Positions 29,801 to 39,816 of a DNA stretch of 64,000 nt are shown piece after piece (the stretch's first letter is position 1; every line of letters starts with the position of its first letter). The DNA comes from Desulfosudaceae bacterium. GTDB lineage: Bacteria; Desulfobacterota; Desulfobacteria; Desulfobacterales; Desulfosudaceae. The notes below the pieces were generated by a model that saw nothing but the letters and a program-made list of their open reading frames with translations, did no database searches and was not told the DNA's origin. The stretch spans positions 2,400,001-2,464,000 of the forward strand of contig CAXXDV010000003.1 in the NCBI GenBank assembly GCA_963674745.2. Direction: 5' to 3'. A program made the position numbers and the translations under genes.

Positions 29801-32800
29801 GGTAAATACGATCGTATCTGCCCCGCCGTAAGCACCCGTCTCGTCAACCGTGTCCAGGCCGCATCCCAGAGAGAAGCGGTAGGTATCGTTCCCATTATAC
29901 CCCTGAAGAAAATCATTCCCGGGCCCGCCTTCCAGAATGTCATTGCCGTAGCCGTCGCCTCCGTGCAGATTGTCGTCACCGGCGCCGCCATACAACGTGT
30001 CATCACCGGTATAACCGTCCAGCGTGTCGTTGCCATCCCCGCCGTCCAGCGTGTCGTTGCCGATATCACCATACAGCGTGTCATTCCCGGCACCGCCATA
30101 CAGCGTGTCATCGCCGGTATACCCATAAATCGTGTCATTGCCGCCAAGTCCGTCGATGACATCATCCTGGTCGTTATATCCCTGGAGCAGGTCATCGCCC
30201 TCTGTTCCTGTCACAGGCAGCCTGCTTTGCATATCATCCCGCGCCCATTCAGTGCCGCCTGCGAACCGGATCAGTTCGATATGATAGTCGGCGTCACTGT
30301 CAAAATTCTTGTACACGGTTATCTGATCGGTTGTCCCGTCTATAAAGATAATGAGATCGTTTCCGTTCCGGATCAAGGAGACGTCAGCCGGTAATATGCC
30401 GGCCGTAAACTCGATCACATCCGTGCCGTTGCCCGAGGAGGTCTCGTTAATGAGGTCCTGGCCAAAGCCCGGATCAAACAGGTAGGTGTCATTACCCGTT
30501 CTGCCTATCAGGGTATCATTATCAGCACCGCCGATCAGGGTGTCATTGCCGCTATTGCCGTCCAGCGTGTCGTTGCCGGCACCGCCATACAGCGTATCAT
30601 CGCCGGTATACCCATAAATCGAATCATTGCCGCCAAGTCCGTCGATGACATCATCCTCATCATGATAACCGCGGATTTCATCGTCTCCCTCGGTCGCCGC
30701 CACGGACAGAAGCATTGTTTTGATTTCGTCATAGGTCCAGGCCGTGCCGTCAGAAAAATGGATCTCTTCAACCCGATAGTCGGCGTCATTGTCAAATTCC
30801 TCGTTCACGGTGATCTGATCGGTTGTCCCGTCTATAAAGATAATGAGATCGTCGACGTCCCGGCTCAAGGAGACGTCAGCCGGTAAGATGCCGGCCGTAA
30901 ACTCGATCACATCCGTGCCGTTGCCCGAGGAGGTCTCGTTAATGAGGTCCTGGCCAAAGCCCGGATCAAACAGGTAGGTGTCATTACCCGTCCGGCCGAT
31001 CAGGGTATCATTATCAGCACCGCCGATCAGGGTGTCATTGCCGCTATTGCCGTCCAGCGTGTCGTTGCCGGCACCGCCATACAGCGTATCATCGCCGGTA
31101 TACCCATAAATCGAATCATTGCCGCCAAGTCCGTCGATGACATCATCCTCATCATGATAACCGCGGATTACATCGTTTCCTTCAGTCGCCGCCCCGGACA
31201 GAAGCATTGTTTTGACATCGTCATAGGTCCAGGCCGTGCCGTCAGAAAAATGGATCTCTTCAACCCGATAGTCGGCGTCATTGTCAAATTCCTCGTTCAC
31301 AGTGATCTGATCGGTTGTCCCGTCTATAAAGATAATGAGATCGTCGACGTCCCGGCTCAAGGAGACGTCAGCCGGTAAGATGCCGGCCGTAAACTCGATC
31401 ACATCCGTGCCATTGCCCGAGGAGGTCTCGTTAATGAGGTCCTGGCCAAAGCCCGGATCAAACACGTAGGTGTCATTACCCGTCCGGCCGATCAGGGTAT
31501 CATTATCAGCACCGCCGATCAGGGTATCATTGCCGCCATTGCCGTCCAGCGTGTCGTTGCCGGCACTGCCGTAAAGCGTATCATCGCCGGTATACCCATA
31601 AATCGTGTCATTGCCGCCAAGTCCGTCTATGACATCATCCTGGTCGTTATATCCCTGGAGCAGGTCATCGCCCTCTGTTCCTGTCAGAGGCAGCCTGCTT
31701 TGCATATCATCCCGCGTCCATTCAGTGCCGCCTGCGAACCGGATCAGTTCGATATGATAGTCGGCGTCACTGTCAAAATTCTTGTACACGGTTATCTGAT
31801 CGGTTGTCCCGTCTATAGAGATAATGAGATCGTTTCCGTTCCGGATCAAGGAGACGTCAGCCGGTAAGATGCCGGCCGTAAACTCGATCACATCCGTGCC
31901 GTTGCCCGAGGAGGTCTCGTTAATGAGGTCCTGGCCAAAGCCCGGATCAAACAGGTAGGTGTCATTACCCGTCCGGCCGATCAGGGTATCATTATCAGCA
32001 CCGCCGATCAGGGTGTCATTGCCGCTATTGCCGTCCAGCGTGTCGTTGCCGGCACCGCCATACAGCGTATCATCGCCGGTATACCCATAAATCGAATCAT
32101 TGCCGCCAAGTCCGTCGATGACATCATCCTCATCATGATAACCGCGGATTTCATCGTCTCCCTCGGTCGCCGCCACGGACAGAAGCATTGTTTTGATTTC
32201 GTCATAGGTCCAGGCCGTGCCGTCAGAAAAATGGATCTCTTCAACCCGATAGTCGGCGTCATTGTCAAATTCCTCGTTCACGGTAATCTGATCGGTTGTC
32301 CCGTCTATAAAGATAATGAGATCGTCGACGTCCCGGCTCAGGAGTACGTCAGCCGGTAATATGCCGGCCGTAAACTCGATCACATCCGTGCCGTTGCCCG
32401 AGGAGGTCTCGTTAATGAGGTCCTGGCCAAAGCCCGGATCAAACACGTAGGTGTCATTACCCGTCCGGCCGATCAGGGTATCATTATCAGCACCGCCGAT
32501 CAGGGTATCATTGCCGCCATTGCCGTCCAGCGTGTCGTTGCCGGCACTGCCGTAAAGCGTATCATCGCCGGTATACCCATAAATCGTGTCATTGCCGCCA
32601 AGTCCGTCTATGACATCATCCTGGTCGTTATATCCCTGGAGCAGGTCATCGCCCTCTGTTCCTGTCAGAGGCAGCCTGCTTTGCATATCATCCCGCGTCC
32701 ATTCAGTGCCGCCTGCGAACCGGATCAGTTCGATATGATAGTCGGCGTCACTGTCAAAATTCTTGTACACGGTTATCTGATCGGTTGTCCCGTCTATAGA

Positions 32801-35800
32801 GATAATGAGATCGTTTCCGTTCCTGATCAAGGAGACGTCAGCCGGTAAGATGCCGGCCGTAAACTCGATCACATCCGTGCCGTTGCCCGAGGAGGTCTCG
32901 TTAATGAGGTCCTGGCCAAAGCCCGGATCAAACAGGTAGGTGTCATTACCCGTCCGGCCGATCAGGGTATCATTATCAGCACCGCCGATCAGGGTGTCAT
33001 TGCCGCTATTGCCGTCCAGCGTGTCGTTGCCGGCGCCGCCATACAGCGTATCATCGCCGGTATACCCATAAATCGAATCATTGCCGCCAAGTCCGTCGAT
33101 GACATCATCCTCATCATGATAACCGCGGATTTCATCGTTTCCTTCAGTCGCCGCCCCGGACAGAAGCATTGTTTTGACATCGTCATAGGTCCAGGCCGTG
33201 CCGTCAGAAAAATGGATCTCTTCAACCCGATAGTCGGCGTCATTGTCAAATTCCTCGTTCACGGTAATCTGATCGGTTGTCCCGTCTATAAAGATAATGA
33301 GATCGTCGACGTCCCGGCTCAGGAGTACGTCAGCCGGTAATATGCCGGCCGTAAACTCGATCACATCCGTGCCGTTGCCCGAGGAGGTCTCGTTAATGAG
33401 GTCCTGGCCAAAGCCCGAATCAAACAGGTAGGTGTCATTACCCGTCCGGCCGATCAGGGTATCATTATCAGCACCGCCGATCAGGATGTCATTGCCGCTA
33501 TTGCCGTCCAGCGTGTCGTTGCCGGCACCGCCGTAAAGCGTATCATCGCCGATATACCCATAAATCGTGTCATTGCCGCCAAGTCCGTCGATGACATCAT
33601 CCTCATCATGATAACCGCGGATTACATCGTTTCCTTCAGTCGCCGCCCCGGACAGAAGCATTGTTTTGACATCGTCATAGGTCCAGACCGTGCCGTCAGA
33701 AAAATGGATCTCTTCAACCCGATAGTCGGCGTCACTGTCAAATTCCTCGTTCACGGTAATCTGATCGGTTGTCCCGTCTATAAAGATAATGAGATCGTCG
33801 ACGTCCCGGCTCAGGAGCACGTCAGCCGGTAATATGCCGGCCGTAAACTCGATCACATCCGTGCCGTTGCCCGAGGAGGTCTCGTTAATGAGGTCCTGGT
33901 CAAAGCCCGGATCAAACACGTAGGTGTCATTACCCGTCCGGCCGATCAGGGTATCATTATCAGCACCGCCGATCAGGGTATCATTGCCGCCACTGCCGTC
34001 CAGCGTGTCGTTGCCGCCAAGACCGATCATGACATTGTCGGTTGCGTCTCCGGTGAGCGCATCATCCCCCTCGCTGCCATACATTGCGCCTGCAATGACC
34101 GCACCATTGGCATAGTCGGTCAACGATTCTGTTCCGTCACTGATCGTTGCATAAATATACCAGATGCCATTCGATAACCCGGAGACATCCCATTCATATG
34201 TATCATCATCTCCATCCGGCTCTGCGGCAATGCCATTGACGATCAGCGTGCCGTCTTCGCCTGTGTTATCATCATCAAAATATAGAGCGATAAAGGCATT
34301 GTTGTCAGGATCAGAATCTTCCCATTGGATGGTGACCGTATCGCTTACATAAACGTCCTGTGACGGTTCCAGCAGTGTAATTCCAAGAGGACCGAGTAAT
34401 GATAAAACGTATTCTCTGGTCCAGGACGTACCTTCCGCGAATTGGATCTCCTCGACATGATAATTTGGTTCATCACCAAAGAATTCCGCGACGGTTATGG
34501 TATCTGTTCCCGACACTTCAATTAACAAGTGCGCACCGGAACGGGTCAAAACGATATCAGAAGGCAGTATACCGGCGGTAAACTCGATAATGTCCGTTCC
34601 ACCGCCATCCGCCGTCTCGCTGATACTGTCCTGACCAAAACCAGGGGCAAACAAATAGGTATCGTTATCCAGATTCCCCTGCATATAATCATTACCCGCA
34701 CCGCCGATCAGGGTATCGTCATTAACACCGCCATACATGAGATCATCGCCATCACCGCCATAGAGGGTATCGGCCCCCGCGTAGCCGACAATGGTATCAT
34801 TTCCGCCCAATCCGTAGATCACGTCGTCAACAGCATGCGTCCCGTCAAGGGTGTCATTGTTTTCCGTTCCGACAACCGTGCCGATGGTAACCGATCCGTC
34901 CGCGTACACGGTTAAAGATTCTGTTTCGTCACTGATAATTGCGTAAATGTACCAGGTTCCGCCCAAAAGGGCCGGATCGGAGATATCCCATTCATAAGCG
35001 TCTTCCGTGTCGCCGTCCGGATCTTCAAATATGTCTTCCAGATTGATCCGCGTTCCGTTCTCACCTGTATTATCGTCATCGTAATACAGCTCTATGGTGG
35101 CGTTACTGTCGCCGTCAGAATCTTCCCACTGGATGGTGAACGTGTCAGCCGCAAAAACATCATCGGCAGGTTCCGCCAATGTGATTTCAGGTGATGTGCC
35201 TACCCACGAATATTCTCTGACAAAAAACGGCGCGCCGTCCATCCACTCGCTGACTTCGCCGTCCGGATCTTCCGCCAGGGCCCGCCAGAAATAGCGGGTA
35301 TTATCGTCAAGGACTGAAGGAACAACAAAAGACGGCTGGGCGGAAGATCCTTCAAAAACCAGGTCTTCAAATTCGCTGTCCGAATACAGCTCAAAATAAT
35401 AACTTAAAACATCCCCATCCGGATCGATGGCGGGATTGACAGCCAGTTCCGGGGTAAGCGACTGGACCCAGGCGGTATGGCCCGGGTTGTTCAGGGTCGG
35501 TGTCTGGGGCGCCTGATTGATGGGATTGACCAGAAAATTGCCTGTCACCCAGGGGCTGTAAGCGGCCCCGTCAAAAGCACGTGCCCGCCAGAAATAAGTG
35601 GTGTTGCTGAACAGGCCGGTCACATACCAGGCGGTTGAGGCCGTGCCTTCGGAAATATCAGCGGCTGTTACCAGAGTTGAACTGTCAAACGTATTGACCG
35701 TATCGAGCTGGAAGTCGTAGACCAGGGTATTCCCTTCCGGGTCGACCGCGTTGGTAACGACAATATCCAGTTGATGAACAATAACCCTCGCACCGACAGC

Positions 35801-38335
35801 CGGGGCATCTATGGCCGGCGCGCTCGGCGCCTGGTTGGCGGTGGATACGGTAAAGGAACCGGTTGTTGATGTTTCCAGGCCATCGGGGTCGACCGCCACC
35901 GACTTCCAGTAATACGTGGTTTCATCGCTCAGATCCACGTCCACCGTCCAGGCGGTTGTACCATCGGTGCCGGTCAGGATATCCGATACCGAAGTCACCT
36001 GACTTGTCATTATGCTGTCCGAGTAAACCTCGAATCTGTACGTCAGGGCATCCTGATCAATATCACTGCTGTTGGTGACTTCTAATACCGGCGTCATGGT
36101 ATCCACATATGAGCCGACAACCGGGCGGCTGATGTTAAAAACGCCGGGCGCCTCGTTGGCCGTATCCACAAAAAACGTGCCGTATGTCCAGATACTGGAA
36201 GCAGCGTAGTCACAAGACCGGACCCGCCAGTAGTACAGGGTATTGTCGTCCAGAGGGACGGTAACGGGCCAGACCGTGGTGTCAACGCCTTCGGCCACAC
36301 CATGAGCGGCAGCAACCCGGTCGGTCAGCTGCAGGTCCGAGAAAACCTCAAAGTCATAGGTCAGGGTATCACCGTCCGGATCCGTACTGTTGTCGATTGT
36401 CAAAACAGGAGAAAAAACGGTCACGTCCTGCCCCTCGGCAGGTGATACAATGACCGGTGGCGACGGGCCATAGTCTTCCCTGGTGGGATCCGTTCCGTTT
36501 AAATATTCATCAAGATCTAGAATACCGTCACTATCAAAGTCCCCGGTGCCGTCCCGTTCCAGGCTATCATTGAAATATTCCTTTTCCCAGTCATCATCCA
36601 TGCCGTCGCCATCCGTATCGTTTATTGAACGGATTTCAACGGGTACGATCATAACAACCGTTGTGTGCCCGTCACTGGCGCGAAAAACAGGCGCGTAGTC
36701 ACCCGCCTGACCGATTGCGGGTGTCCAGTTGAAGGTCCCGGTACCATCACCGTTATCTATAAAATCAGCGCCTTCCGGAAGATTGGAGGCGGAGAGGGTC
36801 AACGTTTCACCTTCCGGATCGGTGGCGGTAACCGCAAATTCCAACAAATCCCCTTCCACACCTGTCTGCTCGTCTAATTCAACAAAATCCGGTGAGTCAT
36901 TAACAACCGGCGTATCAAACATAACGGTATAATCTCCGGTCGAATCGACATCAAAAAGATTGACGAAATAAGCCCATTCATTTTCAACTTTTTCCTTATA
37001 AAGCCAGATGTTATCAGACTTTATGCGTTTTCCGTCACTGCGGACCGCTTCTGTGATCATTTTGCCCTCTTCAAACGGATCCGGAACACTGACAAAAATA
37101 AATGGGGAAGAAGATGTAAACTGCAGTTTATAGGTTGCCTCGTCTCCTGAAGGATTGGTGAACGATACCGAGGCGTCGGATGAAAGATCGGTTACATCCG
37201 AATCCCAGATCCCGGCCACAGCTTCTGACTCACATACTTTTATAACCGAATAAGGTTCCTCAAAAGATTTAACCAGAAAATCCTTGCAACCATCCCGCCC
37301 GGGCAGATCAACCAGAACGTCCTTTTCCAGCGACATGGCTGTAATACCGTCGATAATAGACGTCACCTGACCGCCAAGCGCCTCCGCATGGGATACACTG
37401 GCGGTAAACTCGGTGAATTCGCCCATCAGACTGCTGATCATCAGCCAGCGACCGACAGCGGCCTCACCCGGCGCGATGTTTCCCAGGTCCACCATCAGAC
37501 TGTTATCCGTAACCGCTCCATTGACTTCCGTGCCGATTATGGAAAATGAGACCAGTAGATCTTGATCGTTGCTGACAATTTTCGGTTGAGCCGAATCGAT
37601 TTTCAGATTGTAGGCGGTATTATTGCCGGTATTCTTGACCCGTACGCCAAGCGTGAAAGGGATTGAAGGTTCAATTACAGGACTTTCCGGAGTGCCGGTA
37701 AAGGGGTCATCACCATAAACCTGTCTTGTTAAAAAGCTGTCCAGTGTGAGTTCCGGCAACGGTTTGACAAAAATCGAATCCGGCTTGACGTCAACAACAT
37801 GTTCTTCGCCGTTGGCACCCATTTTATAGGTCAGCTTGGCTCCGACAAAATAAAGTTTGCCTTCGGGATCATCACCGGCAGAACCTGGAACAGGAATAAT
37901 CAACCAGTGAAAATCAGAAGAAGTCGAAGCCGTGACAGGATCCAACGGCCATGAGCCTCCCGAAATGGATCCAACATTGTTCGAATCCCCGCGAATAAAG
38001 AAGCAGAATTCCGGATCATCCGGGTCTGTGGTCGCATTCGTATCTGTTGTCGCAACTACGGAGGCGCCTTCTTCATCCGTAAATAAAATTTCCACATTGA
38101 GGTTTTCCAGGTCTATATTTGACAGGCCGTTGTTAATACGCATATGCGCGTCAAAAGCCTGGCGTTCCAGGGTCAATTCCTGCCGGATCTCGATTTTAAC
38201 TTTAGCGCATTGAGAATCTTCGGAACCCGCAGCTTGAGTCGAAGTCACCCAAGCTATCATAAGGCAGAAAAAACCAATTAAAAGAACAAACAACTTCTGT
38301 TTCATATTATTGGTTGTGCTCATTCTTTCCCCCAT
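26888..38335 (-). CDS. Giant Ca-binding surface protein: signal peptide, Ig/cadherin-like domains, RTX/hemolysin-type repeats, TSP3-like repeats, probable discoidin (F5/8C) end
   Basis: MKQKLFVLLIGFFCLMIAWVTSTQA (likely start 38305); many GGxGNDTL nonapeptides; DTDGDGMDDDWE; C-terminal AFDDDVNTSW...EWISIDFG...YRHVRI. Confidence 0.9.
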   Translation of the reverse strand: MGERMSTTNNMKQKLFVLLIGFFCLMIAWVTSTQAAGSEDSQCAKVKIEIRQELTLERQAFDAHMRINNGLSNIDLENLNVEILFTDEEGASVVATTDTNATTDPDDPEFCFFIRGDSNNVGSISGGSWPLDPVTASTSSDFHWLIIPVPGSAGDDPEGKLYFVGAKLTYKMGANGEEHVVDVKPDSIFVKPLPELTLDSFLTRQVYGDDPFTGTPESPVIEPSIPFTLGVRVKNTGNNTAYNLKIDSAQPKIVSNDQDLLVSFSIIGTEVNGAVTDNSLMVDLGNIAPGEAAVGRWLMISSLMGEFTEFTASVSHAEALGGQVTSIIDGITAMSLEKDVLVDLPGRDGCKDFLVKSFEEPYSVIKVCESEAVAGIWDSDVTDLSSDASVSFTNPSGDEATYKLQFTSSSPFIFVSVPDPFEEGKMITEAVRSDGKRIKSDNIWLYKEKVENEWAYFVNLFDVDSTGDYTVMFDTPVVNDSPDFVELDEQTGVEGDLLEFAVTATDPEGETLTLSASNLPEGADFIDNGDGTGTFNWTPAIGQAGDYAPVFRASDGHTTVVMIVPVEIRSINDTDGDGMDDDWEKEYFNDSLERDGTGDFDSDGILDLDEYLNGTDPTREDYGPSPPVIVSPAEGQDVTVFSPVLTIDNSTDPDGDTLTYDFEVFSDLQLTDRVAAAHGVAEGVDTTVWPVTVPLDDNTLYYWRVRSCDYAASSIWTYGTFFVDTANEAPGVFNISRPVVGSYVDTMTPVLEVTNSSDIDQDALTYRFEVYSDSIMTSQVTSVSDILTGTDGTTAWTVDVDLSDETTYYWKSVAVDPDGLETSTTGSFTVSTANQAPSAPAIDAPAVGARVIVHQLDIVVTNAVDPEGNTLVYDFQLDTVNTFDSSTLVTAADISEGTASTAWYVTGLFSNTTYFWRARAFDGAAYSPWVTGNFLVNPINQAPQTPTLNNPGHTAWVQSLTPELAVNPAIDPDGDVLSYYFELYSDSEFEDLVFEGSSAQPSFVVPSVLDDNTRYFWRALAEDPDGEVSEWMDGAPFFVREYSWVGTSPEITLAEPADDVFAADTFTIQWEDSDGDSNATIELYYDDDNTGENGTRINLEDIFEDPDGDTEDAYEWDISDPALLGGTWYIYAIISDETESLTVYADGSVTIGTVVGTENNDTLDGTHAVDDVIYGLGGNDTIVGYAGADTLYGGDGDDLMYGGVNDDTLIGGAGNDYMQGNLDNDTYLFAPGFGQDSISETADGGGTDIIEFTAGILPSDIVLTRSGAHLLIEVSGTDTITVAEFFGDEPNYHVEEIQFAEGTSWTREYVLSLLGPLGITLLEPSQDVYVSDTVTIQWEDSDPDNNAFIALYFDDDNTGEDGTLIVNGIAAEPDGDDDTYEWDVSGLSNGIWYIYATISDGTESLTDYANGAVIAGAMYGSEGDDALTGDATDNVMIGLGGNDTLDGSGGNDTLIGGADNDTLIGRTGNDTYVFDPGFDQDLINETSSGNGTDVIEFTAGILPADVLLSRDVDDLIIFIDGTTDQITVNEEFDSDADYRVEEIHFSDGTVWTYDDVKTMLLSGAATEGNDVIRGYHDEDDVIDGLGGNDTIYGYIGDDTLYGGAGNDTLDGNSGNDILIGGADNDTLIGRTGNDTYLFDSGFGQDLINETSSGNGTDVIEFTAGILPADVLLSRDVDDLIIFIDGTTDQITVNEEFDNDADYRVEEIHFSDGTAWTYDDVKTMLLSGAATEGNDEIRGYHDEDDVIDGLGGNDSIYGYTGDDTLYGGAGNDTLDGNSGNDTLIGGADNDTLIGRTGNDTYLFDPGFGQDLINETSSGNGTDVIEFTAGILPADVSLIRNGNDLIISIDGTTDQITVYKNFDSDADYHIELIRFAGGTEWTRDDMQSRLPLTGTEGDDLLQGYNDQDDVIDGLGGNDTIYGYTGDDTLYGSAGNDTLDGNGGNDTLIGGADNDTLIGRTGNDTYVFDPGFGQDLINETSSGNGTDVIEFTAGILPADVLLSRDVDDLIIFIDGTTDQITVNEEFDNDADYRVEEIHFSDGTAWTYDEIKTMLLSVAATEGDDEIRGYHDEDDVIDGLGGNDSIYGYTGDDTLYGGAGNDTLDGNSGNDTLIGGADNDTLIGRTGNDTYLFDPGFGQDLINETSSGNGTDVIEFTAGILPADVSLIRNGNDLIISIDGTTDQITVYKNFDSDADYHIELIRFAGGTEWTRDDMQSRLPLTGTEGDDLLQGYNDQDDVIDGLGGNDTIYGYTGDDTLYGSAGNDTLDGNGGNDTLIGGADNDTLIGRTGNDTYVFDPGFGQDLINETSSGNGTDVIEFTAGILPADVSLSRDVDDLIIFIDGTTDQITVNEEFDNDADYRVEEIHFSDGTAWTYDDVKTMLLSGAATEGNDVIRGYHDEDDVIDGLGGNDSIYGYTGDDTLYGGAGNDTLDGNSGNDTLIGGADNDTLIGRTGNDTYLFDPGFGQDLINETSSGNGTDVIEFTAGILPADVSLSRDVDDLIIFIDGTTDQITVNEEFDNDADYRVEEIHFSDGTAWTYDEIKTMLLSVAATEGDDEIRGYHDEDDVIDGLGGNDSIYGYTGDDTLYGGAGNDTLDGNSGNDTLIGGADNDTLIGRTGNDTYLFDPGFGQDLINETSSGNGTDVIEFTAGILPADVSLIRNGNDLIIFIDGTTDQITVYKNFDSDADYHIELIRFAGGTEWARDDMQSRLPVTGTEGDDLLQGYNDQDDVIDGLGGNDTIYGYTGDDTLYGGAGNDTLYGDIGNDTLDGGDGNDTLDGYTGDDTLYGGAGDDNLHGGDGYGNDILEGGPGNDFLQGYNGNDTYRFSLGCGLDTVDETGAYGGADTIVFTSDVAEADVILSRSADGTDLIIRISVDDVITVVDNFGVEGCQIEYIQFLDGQGAVLTTWGCLDVIGMLPPVATEGDDTLHGFYDTDDNIDGLGGNDVLYGYAGNDTLIGGDGNDTLDGDAGDDTLYGDAGADTLYGDIGNDTLDGGDGNDTLDGYTGDDTLYGGTGDDNLHGGDGYGNDILEGGPGNDLLQGYNGDDTYRFSLGCGLDTITEDGVSGGTDTIVFTSNVAEANVILSRSADGMDLIIRISVDDVITVTNNFGLYESWYIEYIEFLDAQGDVVTTWDRLDVIGMLPPAATDGDDTLYGDEYDNNIDGLGGNDVLYGYAGNDTLDGGDGADTLDGGAGNDTLNGGAGNDTLYGDIGNDTLNGGDGNDTLDGYTGDDTLYGGTGDDNLHGGDGYGNDILEGGPGNDLLQGYNGDDTYRFSLGCGLDTVDETGAYGGADAIVFTSDVAEADVILSRSADGMDLIIRISVDDVITVVNNFGVEGCQIEHIQFLDGQGAVLTTWGCLDVVGMLPPVVTEGDDTLHGFYDTDDNIDGLGGNDVLYGYAGNDTLIGGDGNDTLDGDAGDDTLYGDAGADTLYGDIGNDTLDGGDGNDTLDGYTGDDTLYGGAGDDNLHGGDGYGNDILEGGPGNDLLKGYNGNDTYRFSLGCGLDTITEDGVSGGTDTIVFTSDVAEANVILSRSADGTDLIIRISADDVITVTDNFGLNESYFIEYIEFLDAQGDVVTTWTWSDTQTMSEDDDGDGLSNMLEDRGCTEFDDFDTDDDGLWDGDEDINLNGTVDSTETDPCDDDSDNDGLPDGEEINTYGTDPTIWDNPNNVDLTYGLTVSASSEYNSLKENAFDDDVNTSWSPNNYPVADNEWISIDFGASQYAVDIIRIKGYGGTADPGTFIVQGSNIASPGVAKDSSDWLTLTTEDQTYSCDGCWDAYAFDNETAYRHVRIWFVSGGDAGQEMIIEEIEMFGEEVTP
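27680..34030. repeat. Intragenic near-identical tandem repeats (about 490-bp units; 1344-bp duplication)
   Basis: Identical shadow ORFs at 30662/31154/32135/33116/33608 and 28220/29564. Confidence 0.9.
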
Positions 38336-38412
38336 TGTGGTGGTTTTGTAAAAGGCGGATCAGCCCTTTTATGACCGGATATTCCGGTTGTTTTATAATA
38401 CTAAAGCGTTGC

Positions 38413-39303
38413 TTATGAATTCATCTTAACGGTCACGCCTTCCCCCTGAACGCGGAACCGGTTATATCCCTGCATACTGTTTTGGCAGGTGTCGCTGATG
38501 ATTCTGAAAGCGACATAGTCGTCTGTTTTCTGCATAAAGACACGCGTCTGGGGATCTGCCAGAAGCCAGCGCCCCTGATGATAAAATTCAGCCCAGTTAT
38601 GAAAGTCGCCGGGCGCAAGAATTTTATTTCTCCCGCAAATATATCCGCCCATTCTCCGGCAGGGGATACCTGTTGCCCGGCACAGGGCGGTAAACAGGTC
38701 CATATGTTCGGTGCAATCTCCTGCCTTTCGGGTCAGGGCGTATAGCGCCCCACGTTCATTGCGGATATAACCGGAATTTTGAATATGACCGGCGACAAAA
38801 TTGTGTATGCCCTCGGCCGTATCAACCGCTTCTTTCTTTTTTAATGCCTGCGCCTTTTTAACAACCTCCGGCTGATCGGATTCCACATATTTTTCCGGAT
38901 TCAGGAATTCATCCTGGTTTTTGTTTTGATCAGGCAAACGGTTCTGTTGATTCGAAAGCATGAGATCGGTTTTAATGTTTATAATCCGGGTGGCATATGG
39001 TGGAAGCGTGTCAAATGAAAACCTAAGGATCTGGTTACCCAGAGAATCGATCTCCAGTTCATACGGAAGGGAGGCTTCAATGGCTTTACATAATTGGGTG
39101 CCGGTCTGTTTTACCGGAGCGTATACAAAAAGGCCGGCGTTTTTTATTAACCGGTTTGTCGTATTTTGAACCGTGAAACTGTATCTGATTTGTTTAGGCA
39201 CTGTATAAGAAACAACATTGCTTTTATGTTTAAAATACAGAACAGATCCAGCCGTTAGCACCAAGATCACAGCCAACGCAGACCATAGGGCTGTCTTTTT
39301 CAT
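38413..39303 (-). CDS. Transglutaminase-like cysteine enzyme with N-terminal membrane anchor
   Basis: GDCTEH...ALCRATGIP...HNWAEF...WLLADP give a Cys-His-Asp triad; start MKKTAL after GAGGG. Confidence 0.9.
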   Translation of the reverse strand: MKKTALWSALAVILVLTAGSVLYFKHKSNVVSYTVPKQIRYSFTVQNTTNRLIKNAGLFVYAPVKQTGTQLCKAIEASLPYELEIDSLGNQILRFSFDTLPPYATRIINIKTDLMLSNQQNRLPDQNKNQDEFLNPEKYVESDQPEVVKKAQALKKKEAVDTAEGIHNFVAGHIQNSGYIRNERGALYALTRKAGDCTEHMDLFTALCRATGIPCRRMGGYICGRNKILAPGDFHNWAEFYHQGRWLLADPQTRVFMQKTDDYVAFRIISDTCQNSMQGYNRFRVQGEGVTVKMNS

Positions 39304-39563
39304 TCCCCCACCCTCTAACCAGAACGCAAGTATACGCACAAGATATTGTAATATAGAACTTTTTTTCTCCCCCGAGAAAAATAGATGCGTTTAAGCAACT
39401 AAAGTATAGTTCAAATAATATTTTCAATACTAAGTCAAGAATTTTTTAATCCATTTACCTTGATTCTACTTGAACCGGTACTATTTTTATAAAATTCACC
39501 TTAAAAAACGAACCATTAGTCGAAAGATAAATTTATCGTAATTTTGGGGGATTTTGTACTTTT

Positions 39564-39710
39564 GGGGACGTACTTTTGGGGACGCCTTTAATATTTCTAT
39601 ATTTAGCCCTTGGCAATTCCTCTCTATTGTTACGTATAAAATGGTTATAGAACAATGCTATCTGAAAAAAAAATAATCACCAAATATAAGAATATAAATA
39701 TGGGGTGCCC
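39564..39710. repeat. Degenerate inverted pair of RAYT end motifs (empty, non-autonomous element)
   Basis: ggggacgcctttaatatttctatattta (39578-39605) and aaatataagaatataaatatggggtgccc (39682-39710); extra ggggacg at 39564. Confidence 0.7.
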
Positions 39711-39816
39711 ATATTGTCTACATTTTGCCCAATTTGAATTTGCATAAACACTCTTCCTGCTATATTATTATTCAAAATTTAACCAGAATAGCCGCATAAA
39801 CACATAATAAAAGAAA

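Noticed and set aside
13045..38213. Long antisense and alternate-frame ORFs (e.g. 15134..16471, 18554..20182, 29564..30394)
   Set aside because: Shadows of the giant GC-rich genes; they repeat with the host repeats and show no recognisable motifs.
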